A stretch of DNA of 63,678 bases, filler included, from Neoconidiobolus thromboides FSU 785 (GCA_025603075.1; 4 parts of 4 records of this genome joined end to end with filler, not necessarily neighbours in it), one strand, 5' to 3'; positions 24,895 through 36,914 are shown, counted from the whole stretch's first letter. Notes: generated from the sequence alone by a model not told the origin. Numbers and translations are program-made.

Positions 24895-27644
24895 TTAAAA
24901 AGGCTGAAGTAGATGTCCATACTTTTCCGATCTAGCTCTATCCCGAAGCTTTGAATTAGCATTATGCTTTTGTTTTTTAGAGTTAACTAAATTAAACCTT
25001 CTATTACAAACTCTATGAACCCTTCGAATAAACCCATTTTGACTCTTTTTATCACTTTTTTTATTATTGCTATTATTGTATCCTTTCCAATGATTTCCAC
25101 CATTATTTTTAACATTCTTATTATATCGAGAATTTCCCTTTTTACTTGTTTCTCGTTTATTAAGCTTAAGTAATTGAATTGAAAACGGTTTATTATCTAA
25201 TAAAAGCTCATCACAATAGCTTTGTCCATACTCATCAACTGTAGTAAAAAATCGAACTCTGTTTTTGCTCGTTTTTATCCCACTTTTATTTTTTGTATTG
25301 CGATTCTTATTGTTTCCTTTTAATATGGATTTCACTACTTCTTGTTTACTTCTTACTTTTTCTTTTTCTTTTTCTTTTTCTTTTACTTCTTCAAGTGGAG
25401 GTACTGGTTCAGTTTCTACTGCTTTGGGTATAATTGGCGATGCTCCTAATATTGCTGGCATGAAAAAAGATGGTGGAAGTGAAGAATCATTAATGTTAAG
25501 AGTCATTGCTTTGATACCATCAGAAATTTTAGTAATATCTGGTGAAGTGGCTCTAGAAGAGATAGGTGTATTTGAAGACATTGGAGTTGAGTTGGGTGTA
25601 TGTGAAACTGTATATCTGCGAATTGTCTTTCCATAATAACTTGATGTATTTCTTGGCAAGTTTAATGATGACATATCAAACTGATTATTGTTTAAGTGGT
25701 GTCGAAATGCAGTAACTGGAAATCGATCCCATCTAGCCAATGCTTCTGCCGAACGTGACTCTAGTCCGTTTCTATGTGGCTTTACTTCTGGCGATTTACT
25801 AGCTAAATCAATATCCAAAACTTCATCAATAGCTATTTGACTACATTTGTCTCCTTCAGACATTGTATCAAAGCTCATCAATTTAGTAATTTGATCGGTA
25901 GAAAATTTAGATAAGGCTATTAAATCCTGATCAACAAGCTCAGGTGGTGGTGAGTTAGGTAAAGAAGGATTAGCTGAAACTGGGCATGATCTAAAAGAAT
26001 CATACACTAATTTGGAGTCTAACGCGGACCATCCAGTAGATATACAATCAGGTAATTGGCCAGGATTATGACGGGATGTAAGATGTCTACTTTGAAGTGG
26101 AATGCTGGACAATGGCTTAAAAGTGGATGAATTTGGGAGATTGATGTTAGACTCAGCACTCAATAAAGAATGGTTTTCTTCCATATAAATTTTGTTTTTA
26201 TGTAATTGATCTGCAAAGAGTAAATTGCTTTTGGCATTTCCTTTAAACACAGGTGGGAGGATTGAGTTGCCCATTTCTTCATTTACCTCAGGGCTGCTTT
26301 CGATTCCATCTAGCTCAGTTGGGGACTCAAGTGCAACATTTGAGTCAATATCAAAGGTGAGTGTGGGACATTTACGAGGTGGTTCATCAAGTAGATCTGA
26401 TAAATATACTGGTCTATGTTGATACCATGGATGATTTGGTGCCAAAAAGGAGTCGCCTTCTTCTTGTTCTTGAATCGAGTAATTACCATTACCCTCTTTA
26501 GTCGCATCATCTTCTAAATCGGAACCAATAGAATCAAAGTCCTCCAATTGTGAATCCCAACTATGATCTCCAGCCATAACTTTTTGTATCAAATAATCTT
26601 CTTCTAACTGTCTTATCTTTAGATTATCTTCTGACTCCAATTCGTCAAAAGATTCAAATCCAATTTCACTTAATTGATGGTGTGAAGATGAGCTTTTAAA
26701 TGTAGTATTAATGTCATGACTAATATCGCTATTGTAATAGCAACCTTCGTTGTCAGAACCCTCAATTGAGAGATCCTCCATATCTGAGATATTTTCATTC
26801 AAAATACTGTGTTCAATTATGATAGGCGTGGATTCAATATCAGAATCAGCTGATCGCATTGAATCAATATCACTAATTATATCTTCCTTTTCGGATACTG
26901 GAGAAAGGGTAGTTCCAACTACTTGAATGCTATTGGAATTCCTTCTGTAACTTTTCGGTCCCGGAGTGGAATAAATTGGGGAGGAAGATAGTGAACTTCT
27001 TCTACGCTGATTTGTTTTTGGTACTCTTGAGCTCATAACTTTACTTTTGCCTCCTCTTCCATGGGATCTTCCTCTCTTAGTGGGTGTGGTTTCAGCGCTA
27101 GAGCTCTTCTTTCTATTACCTTTAGAAGATACTAGGTTGACTGAAGAGCCAATGGATGAAATAGAAGAACTTCTTGTTATCCTGTAACTAGATTTAAAAT
27201 CATTCTCTGGTTTATTTTGATACCCGAATATTGGCGAAGTCAAAGGGCTAGTGCTAACATCTATATAGTTATTGAATGAATCTGAATTCGAATCTACGCT
27301 TTGTTTTCTATGTTGAGTTTCTAGATATTTTTGTACCCAGATGTCTTTGCCTCCAGTTCTCGGTCTATTTGTTGAAAGAGGTTGATTTATATTTATTGAT
27401 TCATCATCTGAATCATCTATATCTATATGATAATTATGATTGTTTTCATCTACATCTATTTCACTATCTTCCTGGCTAGATTCTATTAAATTTATATTTA
27501 GTGAATATTTATATAATTAAAATTAAATTTATAAAAAATCGGTTAATGGCATTTTTGATTAAAATCCAACTTACCAGGTACACAAGTGCATGTAGAATCA
27601 CAAACGGGACATATATCATCGAGATCTTCTTCGGTTCTATGCAT
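24895..27644 (-). CDS. Large (~885 aa) Ser/acidic, probably disordered protein with an N-terminal Cys cluster; 2 exons
   Basis: The frame stays open upstream of the track's TTG to an acceptor at 27482. Exon 1 (27575-27644) encodes MHRTEEDLDDICPVCDSTCTCVP and joins in phase across a 92-nt GTAAGT...AATAG intron. Confidence 0.75.
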
Positions 27645-28405
27645 TGTTTCTAGGTTTTATAACTATGAAGTTGAAGCAATAGCCCTACTCTTGGAAATAG
27701 AATTCAAGACAATTCTAAAAATTTGGATTCTACCAAAATTAAGTCAAGTAAGTCTTTAACATTGATTGGATGACTAAACTTCCAATAATTCGAGCTTAGA
27801 TAAGTTACTATTGGCTCTAGTAAGAATTTCAAGGGAATTTCAAGTTGATTGGCAAAGGCCAAAATCTCCATTTGATTTTTATCTTTGTAAAATCCCTTGG
27901 TCATTTCCAATTATTGGCTTATGACTTCTAATTTTAGCCTATTAAATTCCAGTTTGAAAATATTAACTTTAAACTAATTGATATTATAAGATACTATATA
28001 ACCACTATTTTTAATAATCAACATTAAGTTTAATTAAATCCAAAAATGAGAGGCCATTTTATATTGTTTGTTATCGTTATTTACCAATATTTTTATAGCA
28101 TGGCTTCAATAACTAATATTATTCATTTTTATAGTATAACAATAATATGCATTTATGACATTATATTCTTCACTTTTATTTTTATTAACTGCTTAGTTAA
28201 TTCGATAAGAGTGACCTGTTAATTTCAAGTTTTTAATAACTTGAATTATTTAAATTTTTAAAATTAAACTATACGTACATATTTAGTATTGAGTATGTAT
28301 AAGTGCGATCCTTTTTGCTGTTTATCATATTAAATGTTTACTATAAATTAGAATTTGAAATATTTCAAAACATTTAAATTTTAAATGTAGGAAATAAGCT
28401 TAATT

Positions 28406-28508
28406 ATTGGGGATGTTTTTTTATTTCATCATTTTTCCATTTTTTAAGTGTTATTTGAGCAAAAAGATTGTAAATAGAATTCTTAAACAAAAATACATCT
28501 CTCCATAT
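28406..28508 (-). mobile_element. MITE-like family copy
   Basis: Family core and termini. Confidence 0.75.
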
Positions 28509-28566
28509 CTTTTTAAAGCTCAAGAATAGAGCTGCATAATTTAGGGATGTTTTTTTACCAATTATG

Positions 28567-28792
28567 CCCTTTTGCTATTTTTGAATTTAGAAATTGATTA
28601 ACTGGTATACTGTTCAAACTTAATGTTATGATAGTTAACTGTTCATTTTGAAATAAAAATTAAACTAATAAGTCTCAAATCAGCATAATGAAACAAATAA
28701 GTGGTTATAAAATTCATCACTTACTAACACACATTAAGTTTGAACAGTATACTAGTTAGTCAATTTCTAAATTTTAAAATAATAAAAAAGGG
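28567..28792. mobile_element. Second non-autonomous TIR element (~230 bp, ~60-bp imperfect TIRs, ends CCCTTTT...AAAAGGG)
   Basis: AATTTAGAAATTGATTAACTGGTATACTGTTCAAACTTAATGT recurs reverse-complemented at about 28731-28775. Confidence 0.6.
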
Positions 28793-29010
28793 TAATAGGT
28801 AAAAGACATTCCAATTTACTTTCAATTTTTATGTTTTTAAAGTAAATTTATTTTGTTGATTCAGTTTTTATTTAATTAGCTTTTATTTAACTCAGTTTTA
28901 TCTCTTGCTAAATAATTTATATTATCCTCTATGGAAAAAGCAACAATTTACATTTTAAAATATTTATAAGCTACTATTCGAATTTAGTTTGTTTGAAGAG
29001 TATGTTTAAG

Positions 29011-29115
29011 ATATGGGTATATATTTTTGTGTTTAACAATTTTGTTAACAATTTTTCCGCTCAAATAGCGCTTGAAAAATAGAGAAAGTAATGAAGTCAA
29101 AAAACGCCTCCATAT
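29011..29115 (+). mobile_element. MITE-like family copy
   Basis: Family core and termini. Confidence 0.75.
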
Positions 29116-29346
29116 ATACTATTATATTCATAGTTTTTATAACAAAAAGCTCTTCATCGTTAATGCTTTACAATATAAAACTTACTTATATATAAACTGA
29201 GACAACTTTATAGATAAATCTAATTGAAACTCAACATCTATTCAATATTTATTTTTACAAAAATAAGTGAATAAATTTAAAAGCAATGTAAATAACCGAA
29301 ATAAAGTCACATCAAAGAAGGAATTAAATAAATAGAACTTAGATAT

Positions 29347-30761
29347 CTAAGAAATATACACTTTTTTGATAGAATCAAAGCTAAACGATTCTTTAGTTTC
29401 TGGACAAACGAATGAATGATTGATTTCTTTTTGTTCATCAATTGCCTAGATTGTATTTAATATATAATAATATGCTCATATATATAATTACCTTTTTTGA
29501 ATAAACTTTACCGTTTGGTAATACCATTGGAATGTTATGCTCATCCATAAGCGTATTAGTAATGTTACATTTTAATGTTGAATTTGTAAAATGTGCAAAT
29601 GGAAGGGTTTCGGCTATTTTTCCAAAGGTATCTACTTGACAACATGGACAATCTGGGTTTTGAGTTTTGGTATCAAGGCAATATGGTGTCTTTAAAGATG
29701 CAAGGCCAGCTTTCAAAGAAATGATTAAAGGTGGTTGCTCAGGTAAGGAATGTAAATTATAACAATCATTACGGAATTCTTTAATCAAATCGTTCCATCT
29801 ATCTATAGAATAGATAGCTTTATAAGGGTAACACTCCGTATCATTTGGGAAAGCTAAGATACCAAAATATTGTTCAACCTCCTCTTGTTTTTCATTTAAA
29901 TAAGGGGTCATATACTTTTTCAAATATGCCAAAGCATCCATATGTTTTTGAGCTCTAGCTAATTCAACAAATTCTTGAAGTCTTAGATGAAATTCAAAAG
30001 ATGACTTGAATCATTTTAATTTTAGTCTGATTTTAATAAATCCGATTACCTCTAGTTTTTGTAGTCCTTTTTTATTTTCATTACACCAAGCTAAAGCCGC
30101 TCTACAACTATGTTTCTTCAAAGCTTCCTCTACTTTTAAAATTTGTTCAAACAAATCAAAGTCGGCAATTTTCTAATAACATTTAAATTATCTTTTAGTG
30201 AATTAATTATATGCTTACATTTAAATCAGTATTGCTTGAAAATTCTCTCGCGGTCTTAATGAAACCATTTCTTAATAGATAATCTAACACCACTCTATTT
30301 AATCTTTTTAATGACCAACCAGAAAACTTTGGATCATTCATATTATTAATAGCTCCAAGTTCGTTTATTGCTTGGGTTCTTTCATACAAACCGGATATCA
30401 ACTCCTTTTCTTTATTATGAGAAGAATTTATCTAAAACAATTTAATAAAAACAACTTCAAATACCTTAGATATTACTTTATCTTTTAACTCGTTTATATA
30501 GTTAATAATCTTATCGTATTTTTCTACTTTCTCTTGGGTAGATAATTTTTGATCTGTTTGAATTTCTTTTAATCTATTAAAATTATCTTTAATGTTTTGG
30601 GTTCTAGTTTTTACTAATCTGAATTGCGCGTCTGTATTCTTTCTCATTAGTTCAAAAGGGGCCTACTACAATTAAATTCAACTTATTTACATTTATTAAA
30701 ATATTACCATAATAAACGCCTTCTCCATTTGTAAAAATTGTTGGTGATCCAATGTATTCAT
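29347..30761 (-). CDS. FYV10: GID/CTLH complex subunit Fyv10/Gid9 (MAEA ortholog), multi-exon
   Basis: LisH-like RLNRVVLDYLLRNGF.KTA, CTLH AL.WC.EN...L....S..EF.LRLQEF.EL.R, CRA region and C-terminal degenerate RING NPDCPCC...C.IT...MDEHN.PMVLPNG.VYS...CP.T. Confidence 0.9.
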
Positions 30762-31223
30762 TTTTTTTTTGTTTTGTAATAGGAATTAAATTAAGAAAAA
30801 TTATTGAAAACTATTTTTGTGCACTTTATTCTCTATTCATGCTATGCATTAATCTACCAATAAATAAAATTATATTTTAGATTTAACTAACAAACTTTTA
30901 AAATTAAAGCTGTAGTTTAATTCAATATAAGCAACAGATTTAACAAATTGCTATGTTTAAGAATAAAAAGCTAAAAGCTTATTAAGTGTAAAGAAAGACA
31001 GTATGAAACATACATTCATTAGAGAGAACTTAATTTAGTATATAGTGCTCAAATAATAAACCAGATTAACAATATTCTTTTTAAAGTAGCAACTTGATTA
31101 ATTACTTTAATGTTTTATTAAAAACACTAGATGTATTAAAGCGTAAAGTAATAAAAGTTATATTTGATTTACATTTTTATTTTATTTTACAAAATTAACA
31201 AGTTAGAAAGCAACATAAACAAA

Positions 31224-31676
31224 TTATTGAGAGATATCAATCATTCCACCCCATGGACATTTACCACTAGATTTAACATAACAGTCATATTTGTTACCAT
31301 TCTTTACCCAACAATCTGGGCATTTTTCTTTTTTAGTATTACATAAAGTACCCATGTTACCATGATCACAAGTTTCAGCTGGTGGACCACCATGTTGTTG
31401 ATTATGAATATCAAACATACCAGCCCAATTATCACATTTTTTGGTATTTTTATCAGCATATTCATAACAATCAAATTTACCACCATTTTCAATCCAACAT
31501 GGTGGTACGTTAGCATCATTGATATTAGCCCATCCATAAGCTGAGTTATTAGCTTTCAAGCATTTATCTTTAGGAGCTTCACGTTTGAAGACATGCTTTA
31601 AAGCATTTTTGAAGGAGAAAGCTTCAGCACAGGAAGCAGCAATGAGGATAGCAGAGATAGCAATAGTAGATTTCAT
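31224..31676 (-). CDS. Small secreted cysteine-rich protein, two modules (paralog 3)
   Basis: Signal peptide, pro-segment FSFKNALKHVFKR, same two-module layout as 22892-23338. Confidence 0.88.
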   Translation of the reverse strand: MKSTIAISAILIAASCAEAFSFKNALKHVFKREAPKDKCLKANNSAYGWANINDANVPPCWIENGGKFDCYEYADKNTKKCDNWAGMFDIHNQQHGGPPAETCDHGNMGTLCNTKKEKCPDCWVKNGNKYDCYVKSSGKCPWGGMIDISQ

Positions 31677-31813
31677 TTTATATAGACAAACGTAAAGAGA
31701 TAATACAAGTTAAGTTTATACTTGATTTAAATTGGATACTGTATTATTGTTAAGACTTCAAGCTATTTATACTATTTTCAATTACTTTGACGGAATTTTA
31801 TGGACAAATTTAT

Positions 31814-31913
31814 NNNNNNNNNNNNNNNNNNNNNNNNNNNNNNNNNNNNNNNNNNNNTTAATTAATTAANNNNNNNNNNNNNNNNNNNNNNNNNNNNNNN
31901 NNNNNNNNNNNNN
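31814..31913. other. Artificial 100-nt contig spacer (44 N + TTAATTAATTAA + 44 N)
   Basis: Identical structure occurs three times; the 12-mer places stops in all six frames. Confidence 0.9.
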
Positions 31914-32511
31914 GCGCAAGGGAAAGGATACTCTGGGGCTAATCTATAGTTTAAAGCTAATAATTTTGATTAATTAATCGAAAATAATAATATCCAAGTA
32001 TATTACCAGCCACCTGACAATTTGCTTTTTCACCTAATTTACAAAACAGTGGACGATGAGTATTGATAGAGCCATATATATATGCCCCACCATGTAAATA
32101 AAGTAAAGTTTCTTTATCAACATTTGGGTCCTTAATTTTAGGTAATGCAAGTTCTAGCTCCAATTTTTCACTATTATACCAAAAGGCATTTTTCCTTTCA
32201 ATTGGATATTTACCAATCTCTTTGACTAGTTTCTCTTTAATAATATTATGACTCAATTCCCTATAATGATCTGGAATATATGTCTTTGTAAAATCGAAAT
32301 CTTTGGAAGGTGGAAAAATATTAATATCTTTAATTTTACGGACTTCTTCTAAGCTCTTTCCCTGTTTGTGATTGTTGCCCTTTTTAAGGATGTTGTAGAT
32401 AAAGTGAGTTTTTAAGTCCCAAGAAGGTAAAGGCGCACCTTGAGTAAAATGTATATAACTTGTGTAAAACCCCATGGTTATTAGACTAGCAACTATTTTT
32501 AAACTCTCCAT
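31914..32511 (-). CDS. Alpha/beta hydrolase, HSL/GDXG lipase-esterase family; 3' part lost at the contig end
   Basis: LLYLHGGAYIYGS..THR (HGGG-like oxyanion motif); intron donor near 32000, then the spacer. Confidence 0.8.
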
Positions 32512-33000
32512 AGTAAAGCAATAAGAAATGAAGATTTGGTCGTTTGTTATGTTTTATATATATATTTAACTAACTGATTTGATCATCGTGGCCGATCTTT
32601 TGTTGAGCTATAATAAATTTAATATTCATTTTATTGATAAAGATTCTGTTGACAAGATTTATTTACAGTTTGTATTTAATTTCAATCATTAACTAAAGTG
32701 GCGGAAACAGATCATAATTTAATATTAGTATTAATTATCGATAGTCATTATAGTTAATAGAATTAGTCAATAGCTATAATATATTATATGCTAAATAAGT
32801 GTTGAAGCATTATACAACAAATACTTTTTACTTAAAGATTCTTTAATCAGGAGTTTATCATTGAATGTGAGAATGTTTAAAAAACTATTAATTTTATGAG
32901 TATAGAGCTCATGAGTAAAATAGCAGCCTTGAATTTACATCTAGAAACTGTTTAAAGTGTGACAGGGTTGATATTTGATTTTTATTAATAACAAAAGAAC

Positions 33001-33093
33001 ATATGGGAGTGTGTTTTTTGGTTTTATCACTTTTTACACTTAACTGGAAAAATTATTAATAAAATTTTTAAACAAAAAAATACACGTTCATAT
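33001..33093 (-). mobile_element. MITE-like family copy (internal deletion)
   Basis: Termini present, shortened core. Confidence 0.65.
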
Positions 33094-34614
33094 AATTAAT
33101 AAAATTTTTGAATTAAAACTTACTATTTAATCAGTTTATTTTCGTTTGGAGCCTTGAGGAAGATAGAGACCATAAATGTTTTGTGGAAGTAAAAGTTGAG
33201 AAAATGAGGAATTGAAATGATAGGAATTGAAAATAAGTAAGAAGAAAGTTAGGTAAAATTAAGAGATTGATGGGAGGTATTTCAACTTAAGAGTGTCCAT
33301 GCTTATCTTATTAACTCCACTTTATCTCATGTTTTTGTAATTTTAAAAGCTAATCCTAAAATTTAGATTTTTTAATAAAACTAAAAATCTTGTATAAAAA
33401 ACAAATTAACTTATTTAGACCTAATTCGTAATATGTATTATTTCTATAAAATAAAAGCTATACCAATATAAATAAATAAACCAATAATACAAAATCAAAT
33501 TTATTACTTTAAATTGTTATTTACAAAACTTGATTATTTTATGTAATTTTGTAAAATTTAATCAATGAGCCATTATAAAAGCCTTTATTTTTACTTTCTT
33601 ATTGTGTTGAAGTTAGTTGTATAACAAAAATCAAACTCGAAATAATAGTGTATATTTAAAATATACATGGTTTTATTATATAGCTTTATGATATAATATT
33701 AAGAAACTTTTTAAAATTTTACTAAAACACAAAATGTTAAATAGTAATCAAATTTAATCATGCTGTCTTTTATGTTTCTAGTATAATTTTATCAACTAAT
33801 TCACCTTTTATGTATTTTGAACATTTCTATTATTAGTATATAGGATTTATAGTAAAAGGCTATATAACATAATGTAGACTGAACTCGTGAATCAATATGA
33901 AAATGTGGGCAAATAGGATGTGCCCTCACAGTGGCTCATAAGTTCAAATTATATTGCATATAAAATTATTGTAAGCTTAATTAGTTTTATATTATCGAGA
34001 TTGTTCAAGTCTAACTATTTGCTAATGTCTTGATATCAATACACCTTAGACACAAATCCATATAATATTAACTATATAAAGTATTTTAACACCTATGATC
34101 TAAATATTGATTTAATAATGTTTAAATGAGGGAGTGATGAATATAAACAAGCTAAGTATATTTTCCCAATTTACTAACAAGTTTTGTAGTATTTATGAAT
34201 TTACCAATAGTTGGGCAAATGCTCACCTCACTTATACCCATTGCTCCCTTATTTTATATATTGTGAAATTTTCTTTTTAAATTCATCAAAAAGGGCAGTT
34301 TTAGAGTTGAACAATCACCAATAAGAATCCCGCTTTAAGCCTAATGATGCTAGCAAAAAAATAGGTTTTACCTAACATTGAAAAAACCTCAAGATATTTA
34401 TTTGTACAATATAAGTTTATATTTTATTGTAATTAGAAAATTAGAAAAAGAAATTAAAAAGAATATTATATTAAATACAACAAAGAGAAACAAAGCATAT
34501 GATGAAGCTTTATAGACCATTGTGTATATAGAACAAACATATATTAGTTTAATATATTGAATTACTATAATACTTATCCCTTAGAAAGTGGTTTTGTTTC
34601 AACGATTGCGAAAT

Positions 34615-34781
34615 TGTCTACGTAATTTACTTATTTTTACTTCACCCTAAGTTTCCAACCAATAAAAGTTAACTTAAAACAAGGGATAAAGTAAAAAACA
34701 AGGATCAATATTCAAATTACGAAAGCATGTAAAGGAATCAAGGAATCATTAACTAATCTAAGTAATAGATGTCTACGTAAT
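34615..34781 (+). promoter_or_regulatory. Twin TGTCTACGTAAT motifs upstream of the Gln-rich gene (TATA at about 34799)
   Basis: Exact 12-bp direct repeat at 34615-34626 and 34770-34781 with an ACGT core. Confidence 0.45.
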
Positions 34782-34866
34782 ACAAGTGAAAAATAAGATA
34801 TATAAACAATGAGAGTTCTCCGATATATACTTAGAATTCAGATTCATAACTAAAATACAAATACAA

Positions 34867-35864
34867 ATGTCTTTCTTAAACCAATACTCTCCAGTTAACC
34901 AAACTTTTGGTCAAAACCCAGAAACTCAAAACCTTCACCAAGTTTCTCAAACCCTTGAAAACGTACAACGTCAAATCCAACAAGAACAATACCAACCATC
35001 CCACCCACAACAATCCCGCCAAACTAACGAACAAGTTCACCATCACGTTGAACAAGCTCGTCAATTAGTACAACAAGCTATCCAACAAAACCAACAACGT
35101 CAATACCAAACCCAAAACCCAATTGAACGTCAACAAGTTCAACAAAAAGAACAACAATTATACCAACTTGCTCAAATCAAAGACCAAATCCGTCAACTTG
35201 TACAACAACGTCTTTACTCTAATGACCAATTCACCAACCAACAAGTTAAACAACAAATCCAACAATTAGTCCAAGTTGCTAAACAAACCATCCAAAAATT
35301 GATCCAACAATCCCAATTCCAAGGACAAGGTATTCACGGACAATCCCCATTCCAAACCCAAGGTACCTGGGGTCAATCTCCATTCCAAACCCAAGGNNNN
35401 NNNNNNNNNNNNNNNNNNNNNNNNNNNNNNNNNNNNNNNNNNNNNNNNNNNNNNNNNNNNNNNNNNNNNNNNNNNNNNNNNNNNNNNNNNNNNNNNNNNN
35501 NNNNNNNNNNNNNNNNNNNNNNNNNNNNNNNNNNNNNNNNNNNNNNNNNNNNNNNNNNNNNNNNNNNNNNNNNNNNNNNNNNNNNNNNNNNNNNNNNNNN
35601 NNNNNNNNNNNNNNNNNNNNNNNNNNNNNNNNNNNNNNNNNNNNNNNNNNNNNNNNNNNNNNNNNNNNNNNNNNNNNNNNNNNNNNNNNNNNNNNNNNNN
35701 NNNNNNNNNNNNNNNNNNNNNNNNNNNNNNNNNNNNNNNNNNNNNNNNNNNNNNNNGGACAATCCCCATTCCAAACCCAAGGTACCTGGGGTCAATCTCC
35801 ATTCCAAACCCAAGGACAAGGTCTCTTCGGTCAACAATCCCCAATCTTCGGTCGTCAACTTTAA
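34867..35864 (+). CDS. Gln-rich protein with tandem 11-aa repeats (GQSPFQTQG[TW/IH/IL]); contains an assembly gap
   Basis: Strong codon bias (CAA, ACC, TCC, CGT). After the gap the real frame is GQSPFQTQGTWGQSPFQTQGQGLFGQQSPIFGRQL* (TAA 35862-35864), not the frame shown in the ORF track. Confidence 0.8.
35397..35756. other. Assembly gap (360 N) inside the 33-bp tandem repeat array
   Basis: Repeat units flank both sides of the gap. Confidence 0.95.
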
Positions 35865-36914
35865 TTTTCTAATAAATTAAAATTGTCTAATTGAATTATT
35901 ATTTTAAGGTAAAATTTTTATTGTTTATCTTTATTTTAGCTCATTGTAAGTTTACTTCACTCTGTAAATGTTTATAATTTTCCATTTTTAAAAAAAGGTA
36001 TTATACGTTTAACAATATCTTAACTAGAAATAAGACTTTTATATTCATTAATGTTAGAAAATATCCTAATTTTATTATTCTGATATGTTTTTTTTTGAAA
36101 ACGCCATACATTTGATAGCATCAGTCTTATTATAACTTAAAGTATCTTTTGCTTTATTTTAAATTATTTTTAGAAAGGAAAAATAATAAAAACAATTACA
36201 TAAAATCTCATCCCTTTTGTAAAATATCATCTGTTTGTTTATTTTTTTAGCCTTACTTGAGCTAGGGAATAGTTTATTTATTTACAAATAGTCTCTACAT
36301 TAAAAATAGGAATCAATGAGCAAAAATAAAATTCAACAGCTGTTTCCCTTAAACATTGTAATACCTGTATTGTTGTAACTTGTAGAAATATCGCCAATAA
36401 AATAGCTCATTTGTATTTTTTCATCTTCCTTTGAATTACATTATATAGTAAATTTACAAAATATAGAGTATTTGTAGTGCAAAGTAACATTTTTAAAGCT
36501 TGATAAAAAATCTAAAAAATATTAAAATCAAAATTTCAAAAAGTCCAATATGAGTTTAAATCAATACTGAAGCCAATAAGAGTTGCAAAAAAACTTCCCA
36601 AGCTTTTTGGCTAGAATTTAAGATTGTGTAATACAGTTCATAGGTTTTATATTTAAAATAAAAAGTCTGATATCATAGTAAATATATTCATGTTTTGAAA
36701 TTGTTTTAAAATCTGATTTTTAAAAATAAGTTTGTATATTTATTACTAAAAAAGCTTTTTAAATAAAATATTATAAATAAAATAATACTATTTATGTAAA
36801 TTAACTTAATTTAAAAAAATTAAGGTTAATTTAAAATTTTGATAGTTTTAAACAATTTAGCAAAACAGCATAAACTATAAAAACTAATTTTATAGTTTAG
36901 TTTATTTTCTTAAC

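Noticed and set aside
27704-27960. 68-aa ORF upstream of the disordered-protein gene as an extra exon
   Set aside because: Bounded by in-frame stops with no convincing splice path to exon 1; possibly a fossil fragment, unassignable.
35266-35880. ORF-track frames spanning the N gap, including the DNPHSKPKV C-terminus
   Set aside because: The gap length is an estimate that shifts the frame; the paralog at 49034 confirms the ...GRQL* ending.
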